64,000 bases of DNA from Octopus sinensis (Eukaryota): positions 70,680,001 to 70,744,000 of the forward strand of contig NC_043009.1 of the NCBI RefSeq assembly GCF_006345805.1. The letters run 5' to 3'. A model generated the notes under the pieces. That model was not told where the DNA came from, did no database searches, and saw nothing but the letters and a program-made list of their open reading frames with translations. Within the stretch, counting starts at the first letter, position 1. Each line of letters starts with the position of its first letter. Shown one piece after another: positions 14,136 to 29,520 of this stretch. Made by a program: the position numbers and the translations under genes.

Positions 14136-14176
14136 ATATATATATATATACATGTATGTATGTATAGATATTGTGA

Positions 14177-14247
<71 letters not shown>

Positions 14248-17200
14248 GTGTGTGTGTGTGTAGGTAGACAGATAGATAGACATCATAATTAGCAAACTCC
14301 CAAACTACATACATATAAAAGCTATGGTTCTAACACCAACAACCACAAATATAGAAGAAATCAGTTAATCCATAATATTACAAGCTTTTGAGTCACACAA
14401 AATGCTGTGGTACATTCTCAGCAGACTTGGTTGACTTATACATACGTTGTTTGGCGCGCGTGTGTGAGTGTTTTTGTGATATCTTTGTGCTCGTAATTCA
14501 ACTTATGGCCATGACTATAGACCAGAACATAGTAGACAACGCATTGTCTTTATACGGTTGTTGTTATTTATTTTCATCCTCTTGTGTTGTGTCCCTTCCT
14601 TGAAACCTAAAAAGGAGACAGTAGCCAACAAATGTATTATTAAATATATAAATACGCGTTTATTGTTTAATTAGATTTTCTCCAATTTAACAAATCCACC
14701 CCAAACCCATCATATTTCTAATTAATCTTGATATTTTTATATTAACCTGGAAGGAAAATGCAATTAGTACAAGAGACTACATATATAAGAGCAATAATTA
14801 AGTAAAGATTAATGAAAAATGTTTTATTAGGATGTGTCCGTATTCAAGTTTCACATTTATTCAAGTTGAAGATATTTAATTGTTATTCATATTTTCCTTA
14901 TTGCTATTAAATGCTTTCTATATTCATTTATTTCACTGTTATTGTATAGTGTTTTATTTTTTCTTTTACAATTTTGTATCAATTTCTCGTTCGTAAATTT
15001 TAATGTGTTTTCAGGACAATTAATTTGATGTTTTATCATGCAATATTAATATTACATTGTACATACCGGAAATCTTAATCTGTTTCCATTCTCTTGACTC
15101 ATTTTATTCAACTCGTACTGTTACATTCCACTATTATTATACCACTGTTACAGTTATCATAGACTTTGGCTTATTATAAATGAGATCAGATGACGGCTTC
15201 CAGTGAAACTGGCGACATTTAAGATTAATTCTAATATTCAACGAACACGTTATTTTACATTGTAGACATGTGTCTCTATGTTAACTCTAAGCAAATAGAG
15301 GTTCAAACATCAAGCGGCACTTCAACCCTGAGCATCCTGGCTTGTTAAGGATATCTTGGACTGTATGAGCAGTGCTCGTATCTTCTCCGTGCTTACTACA
15401 CTCTTAGCTTGCTCACTAACGTTGTGTTACAGAAGTCAGTCTCTCGTATAGGAATAGGTTTTTGAATGTTTTGCTGACTTAACTTACTCCTGCACACTAC
15501 ATGAAATGTTTTTCACTGTCCTCGATTAAACAAAAAAAGAAGCAAAAAGCAGCAATAAACATTGATAATTCCAGAACAATGAAATAAACAACAGACATGG
15601 ATGTACGGAGAGGAAATTCGCTTCTCAAAAACATGGATCATGGTTCCCTCCGACAGTGCTTCCCTAATACATTATTGACTAATACTTTTATTCAACTTTG
15701 GCGCACGGAGGCTGGGCACAAGTCCGTCTTATATGTACGTGTGTGACCTCGGTATCTTTCGCTGTTGGAAATATTGAAGACCAGAGATTGACATGTTGGA
15801 AGCCTGTAGCCAGCCATGCTATTTTCAATAATGTGATTCAAAATAAATAAGTAAAGTGCTCTTAACTACTTCACTCTTTATTTAAATAATTGATACTGAT
15901 GATGTTTTTGTTTAACTGCGAGTCATGCCTGACTGAGCAAAGCTACGATCAAGGTCATTCCAAAAATAACAAACCCCTCTTCTCAACCTCGCCTAACACA
16001 ACACTCAGAAGCACATTATGTATTATGAGAACCATGGTTTTATACGGTCGATGAGCCAGCGGTATAAAATCGTTGGTTCTTATCTATTCCGTGGTTACAG
16101 CACTTATATCTCAATGGTGAATCCAAATATCAAGACGTTTCTATTCTTACTTGTAGATCACACGTGTTAAGGGAACCCGTGAGCATCTCACCCTTTCAGA
16201 CACTATATTTCAGAGCATATCCCTTCATATAGCTCTTATGCTGTGCTTAAAAGTTTTGTGTGCAATTGGAAAGAGATGTTACTGTCAATTCTAGATGGTG
16301 GAGGGACTACAAAATTGCTCTGTTAATGGTTTGCCCACCTCTCATGGAGAAGATACTATGGCTGCTTTAATATACAGGGTTTTGCAACAGTGGCTGTAAT
16401 GTAGTACCCAAGAGGTACGAACTGAAATGAAGGAGAAAATCAAATTAACCACGCCGGAAAGACTTACCCCGCAATTGACTGGTGTATCGTTAGTGGGAGG
16501 GAGGGTTTTCTCTTATTGGTACAGTGTAAAAAAGAGGTTGGCCTTCAGTCAAGTGGAACGTTTGTAATACAGCAAAGGAAAAAGAAGGAGAGCAACGGTA
16601 GCAAGTGTAGATGAAAATTATTTGATCACTTTAGTAAGACCTGTTTTAGTACAATATAATTAAATAGCATATGATTTTTCATTGATATGGCAATTGAGTA
16701 GATTAAGTGTGAAGCAATTTGTGACCAAGAACGTTCTAAATAATCCAGTATGCTTATGTACGCAGCACTGCATTGTATATTTATGCTCTTCGCCTATTAA
16801 GCCAGCAAGTTGTAATTTATTGGGCAATGGCTGCTGTATCTAGCAACCAAATACCAACGTCCTGTGGACAAGATGTGACAGTAGAATTACTTTGCTGTTC
16901 TTGTTGATTCGACGGAGATCCACTTTGGTCAGTCGGTTTCTCTCTTTATGCCTAGGCTGAAATCGCTACTAAATTTATATTTTCATCCTTCCGACTTGAA
17001 CGAAATAGACGCTACTGAAACACCGTCTCTATTCCACTAACCGTCCTTTATATTTTCTTCTTTTTTAGAAAGTTTACCCTTTTCCCATAAAAGTAATTAA
17101 TCTATTTTCTTTAGATATGCCACGCCCAAATGAGTAAAAGATTTATATCGAGTTAAGCTATTTGTCTCACGTACGCATCACATTGTGCTCCTCCAGTCAA

Positions 17201-19494
17201 GAACTTTTACATATTCCCTCGAAAAGAAACAATACAATTTGCTTCAAATTTGAAAACTAGTTCCGTAGGACCACAAGAATTTGAAATCATTCCATTCTAG
17301 CTGTCATTAACGTTTCGTTACAGGAAACGACCAGTTCGATATTGTCTACCATTTCCATAAATACACGGTTAACATATTCACTCTCTCTCATGCTTATCGA
17401 GTCTTACCAATGTCCAACATTTCCCAAACCGGTTGATATTTATCATTCTTATTCTTATGTTAATTTGATATATGACTACAAGCGCTATTTCTTTGAAACA
17501 ATTACCAGAATGACAAATGATTCTAAATTAATGGATGTCATATGCAGAACATGAATGCTTTCTTCTTCTCCTCCTCCTCGTAACTTTTCAGTTAGCAAAA
17601 TCTTCCGAACAACTGTTAATAATGGAAATTTAGAAATAATATCATTCCGACAAAAATTTATATATCATAATCTGTGCATATTTACGTAGCAATATATTTT
17701 AGCCTACATATATGATATAGAAAAAAAAAATTGAAAAACAAAAAAAACAATAACCTATCTCTAATATTATCGTGTGTAAATATTAAAAAAAAACAATGTA
17801 TATTCTTCTAAGAAATTATTTATATTAAACAATGTTAATCTTCTTTGTGTTTTTTGAAATGCGAGAATCTGATTTATACCCGAACTGATACATTGTTGAC
17901 GAACTAATGCGGAAGGCTTTATGTGGTGACAGGCTTTGTTAGAAATAGCAACCAAATATCCCTCAAACAATACCTTATCAAAATGTAATTCAAGATACAA
18001 TGCGTGTGAAATAAGAGAAAATGACTTGAGAAACGACCTGAGAAACTGTAGGTCATATGTTTTGATTAGAGAATTTCACCAGAGCTGAATTAGGGATAAT
18101 CTATCGAACAACTGTATTAAATGTATATTTAGGAATTGCATTAACCGAAATTAATTATCTGCAACAAATTCTGTATTTATGTCTACTTATACTCGACTAT
18201 TACAATTTACCATTGAGTTATAGGCATTGCTCGAGCGAAATCTGAATATAAAAATAGTTTAATATTGTCGCAGGCGAATTTCTTTGGTGCCTTTTCTTTT
18301 AATCAGACTACAAATCTGCAAGAACAATTTCCATAAAACCTTTCTACTTGAGTAAGAGATAACGATAGATTTTTGTTGCTAATCGATCTCTGTCCAATCA
18401 CTTACCGTGTTTCGATATCGATAGTTGGATTCTTCTCTTAATCTTATTTGATTACATTGCCTTCGATACATTTTGTTCTTCTTCGAAAAGAAGGAGGGGG
18501 AAAGCAGGAGGAAAAGAGACGGTAAGAGAGAGAAAAATAAAATAAAATTACAAATGATCTGCAACGAATTCCTAGTTATAAATTTAAATACGATGATATT
18601 TATCCTTAAAATGCACTGAGACAATGGATAGCGCCCAGCAATTTCTCCGCCGATATGTAATATCCTGTTAACTTAAATATTCTGTCCGGAACGAGATTTG
18701 AGATATAAATCTTGTTTCTTCAAGCACAACTACAAACATCTCTGAACAACGCCCAATCAAACCTCGTCCAATCCACCCACATTTTCATGTATGTTGACCT
18801 TATTATTTACTCCTTAAAATAAATAGTAATTAATACATCACCGACTTCATATTCAGGATATCCATCAATTTAAAGCACAATTGTTTTTCATACCCAAATT
18901 ACTCACTGTATTTTATACAATGTTAGCCACCAGTCGGAAGACACACAACCTTCCAAGTTGGTTAACTGTGATCCAATTAGCAATGCGTTAATCTTACTTA
19001 TCTTCTAGGTTCCAGATATATGAAGATTTTAATGGGGCGAAGAGGGGCAGGTTAAGTAAATATATTGAATAAATAATACATATCGAGTGCAAAAATTGCT
19101 TTTTACACTTCTGCTGCAAGAGATAAATAAATAAATAAATAAAGTAAATAAAGAAAGAAATACGTGTATATAGACAAACAGATAAATTGATAAATATGTA
19201 GGTAGATAGGTGGGTAGGTAGATAGATCGATACGAGTCCGTCGAATAACTCAACAATGTTTCTATTAAAGGTTGGTGGAGTATAAAGACCGATCTGTAAC
19301 TGGAGAAAGAAATAAGAACCAGTGTGATATTTATTGATGAATGGTTGACGGTGTGATTGTTTCTTGGGACTAAATTTGAATAAATTTAGAATAAATTTGA
19401 ATTTATTACTGAAAATTGTTCTTTAAAGTCTCTAATACTAAACAGAAGTAGTTTCTAACATTTGGGCCAGGATATACCAATAAATTTCACTGGC

Positions 19495-19790
19495 AGTAGA
19501 GCTTCCTTACTGGCTTCATGCTCTTTCTTGATGGGGGTGGACTCATCCCAGGTTAGTGGTGATAGGGGTGTCCTCATGCGTAGACCCAACCAAGTTCCCC
19601 AGTCCCGTGTCAGCCCCTCTGCAGCTTCCAAGGTGCGCTCGAGCCTCTCTGGAGATCTTCCTTAATCACAGCAAACCATCTGGTGTTAGGCCTGCCACGA
19701 GGCCACTTCCAGCCAGTAGCTGCTACGTCGAATGAGAGTAAAGCCCTGGTAGGATGAGCAAGCGGGAGACGGAAGATTCACCCGTACCAG
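19495..19790 (-). mobile_element. RTE-clade LINE, 3' fragment (degenerate)
   Basis: Minus frame W-Y-G-*-IFRLPLAHPTRALLSFDVAATGWKWPRGRPNTRWFAVIKEDL, the typical RTE ORF C-terminus (W.GH...GKRPRGRP..RW). Confidence 0.75.
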
Positions 19791-19859
19791 ATAAGTAGGT
19801 TTTTGTTTTCTTGGGAAATTTCTTGCATTTTTCTTTAATTTGGAATAACTACGAAGTTT

Positions 19860-20265
19860 CAAGATTGCCCCTGTGACTATCTGCAAGGGAGTATTCGTCC
19901 GGTTTATCTGTCCCGCGGTTAAACAACTTCGTTATATTTAGTGAAATCCAGTGCACACGTGGCGTGAGTTTGTGTTCATATACATGTTCTTCTAGCTTTA
20001 TTTGCCGCATTTTTTCCAATGGAGAACGACCCATTTTCAAAGCCAGAAATGAAGCTCATGGAATCTAGTCGGCCTGAATGCGATAGTTATGCTCGGTTAT
20101 GTATATGCAGCTCAGCGAAAATAAATTTGAATTAATCCACTTTGGTAAAAAGGCTGCACGTAAGCTACCATACACTCTTCCCTCGGGCAAAAACAGCCCC
20201 AGGAACCTCGGAGTATCTATCAGAAACAACTTAAGCTAGACTGCTCCTGAATCCTCAGAACTTTT
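19860..20265 (+). mobile_element. Highly decayed LINE reverse-transcriptase fragment (CR1/Jockey-like group)
   Basis: QGSI remnant near 19885, then MQLSENKFELIHFGKK..LPYTLPSG..RNLGVSIRNNLS at about 20105-20240. Confidence 0.55.
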
Positions 20266-21524
20266 CGGCCTCCAGGTACTCCTACAAGTAATCTTCTCTT
20301 TTCCATTTGTGACCCACTTTTGGTGGTTCTACGATTTGTTGGCTAGGAGGGGATGTGCCGGGAAGTTAAACACACAGACACACAAGTTGAGTTTTATATA
20401 TATAGATATTCATTTACATGTATAACCAAATATTCTTCTTCTTCTATATCTATATACGTGCTGTTTTATACATATATTCGTATATACTTATCCATATATA
20501 TATATATATATATGTGTGTGCGTGTGTGTGTATGTACGTATACACATACATACCAATATCCATATATATGCATATGTGTATGTATATATATGCATATATA
20601 TACACATAAGCATATATATGCATATATATATAGGTGCATATATATGTGCACCTCTATATATATATACGCATATATATGTATATAGATATACATGTGTTTG
20701 TTGCGCGCGTGCACGTATCTGTATTGGAGTGCTCTACATGTGTGATTGTCTTCACCACGAACACGTGCAGTCTGAGAAATATTTGCCTGACTCGTATATT
20801 TCTGCTTATTAGTTCAACATAATCTCATGTATAATGGAACGAGCATTAGCTGAACGAACGACACTGGAATCCTATGTAATGCAATATCCTCCCGTCTTCA
20901 CTCCACCGAGATTTTATTTAATACCGTTTGTTTTATTGCCAATTCTTACTTGTAAAGGCTTCTCTAACACAATTATAACGTCTGCCATTGCTTATTCTGA
21001 CACCATAGGATCCGACAATTTTAGTTTCTCCTCTAATAGACCTTGCGTAGCTAGCGTTTTGTCACTGCACATATTATAAACAACTTGTAGTTGTATTAGT
21101 AGTAGTAGTGTTCATTGTTGTTGTTACTTAAAACTTTATGCTGTAAAGCCTATCGGTCCGTTGATTTGCGTTTTGGATGATTTCGTTGCTTACGAAATGT
21201 GAGAATGTTGCTTGCACCTACCTCGAACCTCCAGCTTCATAGGCAAAGGACACTAAGAATAGTTTTCAACGATCCTTTTATTGTGCACCTTAAAGATTAT
21301 AATGGAGCGAGGAGACGTGAGCGAAAGACAGAGAGACCAAGAAGAGATTGAGACAGAATTACTGACTCAGTAGCTGACTGGTTTTTTTATTTATGGAATG
21401 CAGAATGATGAAAAGCAAGGGTAACCCGAATAGGATTTGAACGCAAAACGCGGACAACCGAAACTAATTTTCTTAAAGCATTCCTTCTGCGCCCTATCGT
21501 ATCAGGAATCAACAGGACTGTAAT

Positions 21525-21720
21525 ACTGGTTTCAAATTTTTGCACAAAAGCAGCAATTTCAGGAAAGGACTAAGTCGATTACATAACCCCCCCCCCCAAT
21601 GCTCAACATCTTTTATCGTCTCCAAAATGATGAAATGCAAAGTCAACTCCGTCGGCCTTTGAATTCAGAACGTGGACGACGGACGAAATACTGCAAAACA
21701 TTTGGCCCTAATCGACAAGA
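21525..21720 (-). mobile_element. Decayed tRNA-SINE
   Basis: Similar to 23340-23500 (aagtcgattac, gcaaagtcaac, tttgaattcagaacg). Confidence 0.5.
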
Positions 21721-23339
21721 TATATTGATGTCCGATTGCTATTCTTGTTCTCATTACTCATCTCCAAGTCAGCCCTGATCGAGAAGAACTATTATCTAAG
21801 GTCTCCCTTGGTTAACCATATCCAGCACATTTTATGAAACGTTTCCTTCTCTAAAATAGTTGAGAGCGATTTGAGTAAGATTTGGCTGTTATGTTTGGTA
21901 GAATTACTCACAGCAGAAAAATTCTCACATCGTTTCGTTTGTTGGTTAATTGATTTTGTCTTTTTTTTTTCGTAGTTCTTTGAGTTGTTTAATAAAAGAT
22001 ATTCCCTGGCGGCCATTGCTCTTTCAGTCGCTTTTGTTATAAGCTAAACTACTTGTTCGATGATGCCTCTATATTTTTAATGCTGCTAGGCTATTTAAGG
22101 AGGTGGGAAGGGAATTTGGCAACTCTTTCTAACAAGTCGATCGGACCATGAAGATGATATTTCATTGACTCGCATTGTAACTGGTGTTATTTTTGTTTCT
22201 CCTCATTTCATCACTGACCAAACAAAAAGTCCTTTTGCAATTTTAGCCAAAGTCTTCAACATATCCAAATGCTATACACTTGGCTTCGTTTTCTCGCAGA
22301 ATGACTGTGAACCCTATTCTTCATTACTCTCATTGTTGAAGTGATATCTTGTGTTTAAGACCACATCAGTTATCATCGATTATATTCCAGACGTGACCAT
22401 CACAAACTGTTTTATTTTATAATCTAATCATAGTTTTTTTTTTCTACAACATTATTCAAGTATTCTTTATTTTCAGATAGTAGAGTTTGTTGCGAGAGAT
22501 AGTTGGTTACTATTTCCTGCACGACGAAAGACCATGACAAGCACATCTCTTTCTCTAGCAGACAACTTTTCACTTCTTATGTTCGATGAGTTGAAGAAGT
22601 CTACTTTGTGACTAATAGCAATGCCTCTCCTCAAGAATATATAGTTGAAGGACAAGTAGTAAAGGAGGATGAAACCGGTGGGGTGGGGCAGTCCCTGCTC
22701 TGGGGTTATTCACTCAAGTCCTCGTCTATTTTAAATTTTATTACAAATATTAGAATCCGCCTTCCAGTTTCAGGAGAATTTCTCTCCTCAACTTATTGAA
22801 GGCTCTGGAAAGCATCAAATGTGTCACCCCACCTCATTTACTAGATAACGAAACTGTGACAACGACTGAATCCATCTCAGTGTAGTACTTGTGCCATTGA
22901 TGGAGGGAAAATACAAAAGTTAAATTGACTTCAGATTAGAGTTTAGAAAATGAAAGACCTGAATGCATTCTAGCATTTAGGCGCTTCGTTCTCTTGAATG
23001 CACAACTGTTACAATATTGCTACTGGAACTTTGCTACTGTAATATGTCTAATCTTATAATATTGGTTCAATAAAACCGGACTAGCAGAAGACAAAACGCA
23101 ATGCGGATTCTTTTAAAGTTGAAATCCCTTTTAAGTCCACTTTGCATTTCATTTAATTAGTTATTGAGGAGGTACGGTTTAATCGATTACGACTGAGTTT
23201 CTGTAAAATTCCTGACCTTCAGGCTTTGATAAGTATCGATGCAATACTTATAATACACACAACTTATATTTTATTTCGTCTACTACACTCTGTAACGAAT
23301 TTGTGGGAGTCTTTAGAGATTCTATGAAAATATTTTCTA

Positions 23340-23500
23340 CAATAGGCAGAAGGCCCGAAATTTTGTGGAGGGGTCCAGTCGATTAGATCGAAACCAGTAC
23401 GCAACTGGTACTTAATTTATCTACCCCGAAAAAATAAGCTAAGTCGTCCCCGGCGGAATTTGAACCCGACATGCTAACGATTCTGCCAGCTCGCGGCCTT
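23340..23500 (-). mobile_element. tRNA-derived SINE with internal deletion
   Basis: B-box GGTTCAAATTCCGCC on minus at about 23453-23467; body gtcgattagatcga..cagtacgcaactggtacttaatttatc matches a recalled octopus SINE. Confidence 0.7.
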
Positions 23501-24525
23501 GAGATTCTATGAAAATGTCATGCCCTAGTTATTCCCGTGTTCTGAGTTCAAATCTGTTCGGAATTTTCAACTTTACAGGGACGATAACTAAAGTATCACT
23601 CGCTTCTACACTATAACGAATGTCTACAATGCTACGAAATTTATCCAGACAGATGGATGTGTCCTATGGCCCAAAACGGAAATAATGAAGGAAAATTGAA
23701 GAATAAAAGGAGCTGAAAATATAAAACGAATGAAAATTTATTTGAAAATGTTTTTACATTTTTTTAAAAAAAGTAACTTTCATCCTAGAGGTGTGTGTTC
23801 AATTCCTGACATAGGAAATAATTATTTTGGTGATTTCAACAGCAAAATGATTCTTAAAGCTAACAGTGGGGAGATCTTTAACTAAATACTATAAGACATT
23901 TAGTCTACATTTCTATTGGTTGTAACACTCAAAAGATTTGCTGATTGCCAAGGTTAGCATGAGATGACCAAGGTATTTGCAAGATATCAGCTGCCATACC
24001 AATGTGAGTTTTGAATAAATAAATATTTCATGTTATATGAATATGCACTGAAACCTGCTGTCCAATTAGGCCGCTTGATTAGACAAGAATGTTGAGTGGA
24101 AAAGCACTCAGAACATGTACCACATAAACACAAATTATTTCGAGCTGTGTTAATGTAATGAGTTAAAATTGCGAAGCTACGGAGCCATCAAAAAAGGCCT
24201 TTATGCTGTAAACACGGAATGTGATCTGTAGGATATCATTCCATATTTACATTATATATTTCTAACCCAAGCTGTAATAATTAAAAACTATATATTCTAC
24301 AAAATAATAAAATTTATTTATTCGCAAAAATAGGCTCCCGAATATTTTTTCCTGGTGAAATGATGTTTGAGTGCCTGTCTTAATGTCAGGGTAACCTATG
24401 ACAGGATGATGAGCAAATAGGACTTCGGAGTGATTTGAAAGCAGAACATCCAAAGAAAAGCAATTGCCTGCTGTAATGATGATGATGATGGTCAGTGGCA
24501 CAATTCCACCATATATATATGTATG

Positions 24526-24574
<49 letters not shown>

Positions 24575-24617
24575 AAAGCAATAATAAATCTCTGAACGAG
24601 GTATAAACAGTAGCTGT

Positions 24618-24665
<48 letters not shown>

Positions 24666-25448
24666 TGATAAAGTTGAAAACTGGTAGAGTATCCAGTGCT
24701 TTATTGGACAGCCGTGCATTTCTCCCGAATTTCGTAATAATTATGTGACAGTTGCAGAGACATTATGCAATCATAGATTTCACTTCATCAGTGGAAAGTG
24801 GAACCTACTACTGACGCCAAACGTAGTTTACGCGTGGTTCTTTATTGTTTCTCTTCTTTTATACCCAAACACACGTATAATAATAGGCAAAAGAGACACT
24901 GAAGCCCTCGGAGCTCCAAAATGCAACCGGGAATGTAGATTATATCGTATTTCCGTGGAACACATCAATGTGATTCGCAGCTACTCAAAAATGTGATCAT
25001 ACAATGGCATTCGGAAAAGAGACTGTCCAGGGAATAAATATAGAGAATCCTCATGTTATTGAATGCTATATAAACATCAAGTCAAACAATACTGTTGAAA
25101 CATCGGTTCGACTAATATGAACATTATAAACTCCCCGTCGTAGAAATAAAGAATTGTGCAACTGGATTTGTAGAGGATAGAAAGGAATCGGCTGCTTCTA
25201 TCTCTAGCATAGGTCACAGTAAGGTAGAAGCCTCGGATGATAATCCAATAATGTTCGAAAATTAATTAAAACTGTACATTATTTTTTCAATCTATGGAGA
25301 AATAGTTAAACTTCTGTGCAACCTCTTTGTGTCTCCTCTTTGTACTAAAAGTTGGAAATATCTGCCCGGATTCCTTCCCATTTCGATCCCAAAATGTTTT
25401 ATTCGTAGAATCACAACATTCACCACCTGAATATATATATATAACCAA

Positions 25449-25453
25449 TCTGT

Positions 25454-25526
<73 letters not shown>

Positions 25527-27393
25527 TGAGAATGTGTGTCTGTCTGTCTGTCTGTGTGTTTCCCTAAAACTTGAGAACTACACAACCAATTTCATTCACA
25601 TTTTACACATGCCTTACTTAAGGTCCGGGGAGTGTCATCGGCAAAATAAAATGTTAACTTTTTCCCTAGGGTGACCTCAGAACAATATCATATCTTTTCC
25701 ACTATTTCAGTATTACGTGGTAAAAGTGAAACAAAAACATCTCTCTTTTGTAATGCAGACGCTTTCACTTTAATACTGAAACTATTAAAGTGAAAGTATT
25801 ATATAACAGGGATGAACCATTGAAAGTGGTCAATCTTTTTGCTAGAAGAAGATCCGCTGTGGTCTTATATGCTACACCACTGGTTTTCAATTCATATTCA
25901 TCAAATTAATGTGGTGGTGGTGGTGGTGGAGGTGGTGGTGGTGATGATGATGGTGGTGGTGATGGTGGTCGTGGTGGTGGTCGTGGTGGGGGGTAGTGGT
26001 GGTGATGGTGGTGATGATCGTGGTGGTGGTGGTCATGGTGGTGGTGGTCATGGTGTTAGTGGTGATGGTGGTGATGATGGTGGTGGTCATTGTGGTGGTG
26101 GTGGTGGTAGTCATGGTGGTGGTGGTGGTGGTGGTGTTTGTGGCAGAGTTGTCCTTTGATTGTGAAGCTGTCGTCTGGGTTCTTCCAATTTTTCTTTGTG
26201 TCGGTGGCGGAGTTGGCGTCCATGCTCGCACCTGCACCTGTGTTGCTCCTCGCCTTCCTCCCTCCTTCATGAAGCTGTGGGGAAGGCAGGGTAGGGAAAT
26301 CAACGTCGTAAGCGTTGTCAAGGAGACCAGCGTTCTTTCCAACGACGATTTCATGGCTTTGAAGTCGCCAAAACAGAAATGGCTAAGAAAGCCGAAAGCA
26401 AATTCTACAAAATCGGGAAATACGCCACACAGGAAGGTTTCCCGTGCAAAGAATTTGCACAACCGAATGTTTTAGTTGTTGCACTACTTTTACATAAAAA
26501 ATATTATCCGAACAGAAACTTTTGAAGTTTAGTATTGTCTTTTTTTAGTTTTAACGCTTGTGCAAAATTGGATTTGTTTTTGGTGGTAGTGTTGGTGTCA
26601 CTTGTAGTGGTTGAGGTTGTAGTAGAGGTATTGTTGTTGGCAGTTATAGTAGATGGCAAAACGACGATATCGTTGCTGTTGTTGTTGTTGGTGGTGGTGG
26701 TGGTGACGGTGGTGGTGGTGACGGTGGTGCTGGTGGTGGAATTTCTCAATTCACTGGAGCTTCCTGGACTACCTCCATACATATTAGCACTTAAAGTTGG
26801 AACTCCTGTAATGCTACTCCGCAATCTGGAACCACCAAGACTTTGCAATGGAACACGACTGGTGATAAAGAAAATGATGTCAAACGTGATCGAGGCGATC
26901 ATTCTTTCTGGATGTGGAAAAGGTGATGACGTCTTTATTTAAAGATTTCCTCTTACTCCATCAGGAGCAGAAATTCCATTTACATTCAGAAGATTGCAAT
27001 TCCTCCTTCGTGTCAGCTTTGCCATGTCCATTAACAAATCTCAGGGTCAAACCCTCTATGTAGCTGGTCTTCTCTTGGAAGAGCCCTGCTTCTCGCATGA
27101 GCAACTGTATGTTGGCTGCTCAAGAGTAGGAACCACAAGAAACCTTTTTGTATATGCTCCACAAGGAAAAACAAGGAACATTGTTTACAACAAGGTGTTA
27201 TAATCTCAACAGTCAGGGGGTATATACAGGATCCCCTTTTTTTAACAAACTTCATGTACTTTCATGTATTTATATTAATATACATATATATATATTTGTA
27301 TGTGTGTGTGTATCCATATATATATATACATATAACAGAAAAGTCTAATTCTTCAATTGAATGTAACCGGGCAACGCCGGGTATGTCTGCTAG
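25449..27393 (+). mobile_element. Internally deleted Helitron
   Basis: 3' end CCGG-GCAACG-CCGG hairpin (27367-27380) followed by CTAG|T (27390-27394); 5' TC..(TA)n-AAAACTGAGAATGTGTGTCTGTCTG; Pif1 helicase remnant inside. 5' boundary approximate. Confidence 0.85.
26738..27203 (+). pseudogene. Helitron RepHel Pif1-family helicase, C-terminal fragment
   Basis: [41 protein letters not shown] ... QFLLRVSFAMSINKSQGQTL ... [13 protein letters not shown]; in-frame stop at 26940-26942. Confidence 0.92.
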
Positions 27394-27544
27394 TATATAT
27401 ATATATATATATTATATATATGTATGTATATTATATATTATATATAATTATATTGTTTGTATATATATATATAATGTGTGTGTATGTATATATGTATGTA
27501 TATATGTATATATATATATATCTATGTATATCTATGTATATATG

Positions 27545-27583
<39 letters not shown>

Positions 27584-27934
27584 GTATATATGTATATATA
27601 TATATACATGTGTATATACATATGTATATACATATGTATATATGTATTATATATACATGTAAATATATATATATATAATATGTATATAATATATATATGT
27701 ATGTATATGTATATATATGTATGTATATGTATATATATGTATATGTATGTATATGTATGTATATGTATATATATATGTATGTATATGTATATATATATGT
27801 ATGTATATGTATGTATATGTATATATATATGTATGTATATATGTATGTATATATATATGTATGTATATATGTATGTATATATATATGTATATATGTATGT
27901 ATATATATATGTATATATGTATATATATATATAT

Positions 27935-28770
27935 AAATCCTTAAATCCTTAAAAATGTTTTAGCCCGAAGGCCGCGGCCATGCTGGGGCACCACCGCTGA
28001 ATGAGCCACACTAGTTTGTGAATCCACCTCTGATACGTGGCACTTGATCAACAAGGGAGTTCGATGCTGCTGCCCGCATCCGCGTCTCCTGTCGTGAGGT
28101 AGGTTCATCTGGGACTTCCAACAAGAAGAGATCCAGTTTAGTTTTAAAGAAACCCACATCCACACCATGTAAGTCTCTCAGGCATTAGGGAGGATTTGAA
28201 AAGCTGTGGTCCTCTGAAACCCAAGCTGTTGCAGTATCTGGACCTGTATTTTGATGGTGATGTTGGAATCCTTGGCACCACGCAGCGGCGCCCCGTTCTG
28301 CGTTGGAGTAACTTTGAATGCCAAAGTTTGGGATAAGACCCTCCAGGATTTTCCAGATGTATATTACTGCATATCTCTCCCGCCTCCGCTCCAGGGAGAA
28401 GAGGTTTAATACCTTCAGTCTTTCCCAGTAGCTGACATTTTGCATTGAGACGATTTTCTTTGTTAGCTTCTTCTGAGTTGCTTCGAGTTCTGCTGTTTGT
28501 TTTATATTGTGTGGTGACCAAAGTTGGGAGCAGTAGTCCAAGCGGCTGAGGACAAATGTTTTCCATAGGACCATCAGTGTCTCCTTCTCTCTTGTTCTGA
28601 AAGTTCGGAGAATCCATCCAGCTAGCCGTCTGCATTTTATCACCAGATTAGCAATATGCATTTGGAAAGATGCATCATTGCTCATGTCAATGCCCAGGTC
28701 ACGCACTGATTTTGACTCAGGGATTGCAATTCTTCCTGGGCCAGTGTATCCAGTCTTCACGTCATTTACA
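27935..28770 (-). mobile_element. APE-RT LINE family 3, 5'-truncated (copy E)
   Basis: [55 protein letters not shown]; 3' motif GGTGCCCCAGCATGGCC, hairpin, (AAGGATTT)2 tail. Confidence 0.92.
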
Positions 28771-29125
28771 TATATGTATATATGTATATATATGTATATA
28801 TATATATGTATATATATGTATATATATATGTATGTATATGTATATATATATGTATGTATATGTATATATATGTATGTATATGTATATATATATGTATGTA
28901 TATGTATATATATATGTATGTATATGTATATATATATGTATGTATATGTATATATATATATGTATGTATATGTATATATATATATGTATGTATATGTATA
29001 TATATATGTATGTATATATGTATGTATATATATATGTATATATATGTATATATATATGTATATACATATATATATATATACATATGTATTTATGTATGTA
29101 TATATATTATATGTATATATATATG

Positions 29126-29164
<39 letters not shown>

Positions 29165-29485
29165 GTATATACATATATATATACATATGTATATATGTAT
29201 GTATATATATATATGTATATATATATGTAATACATATATATATACATATGTATATATGTATGTATATATATATATGTATATATATGTATATACATATATA
29301 TATACATATGTATATATGTATGTATATATATATATATATGTATATATATGTATATACATATATATATACATATGTATATATGTATGTATATATATATATA
29401 TGTATATATGTATGTATATATATATATATGTATATATGTATGTATATATATATGTATGTATATATATATATGTATATATATTATG

Positions 29486-29520
<35 letters not shown>

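Noticed and set aside
21790-22400. Possible decayed R4 RT region (WLTKG)
   Set aside because: Too degenerate to support by eye.
24745-24996. THAP-like HFISGK in an 83-aa ORF
   Set aside because: The other THAP cysteines and the AVPT motif are missing.
25839-26475. Poly-V/G/T/H ORFs
   Set aside because: Products of (GGT)n repeats inside the Helitron.
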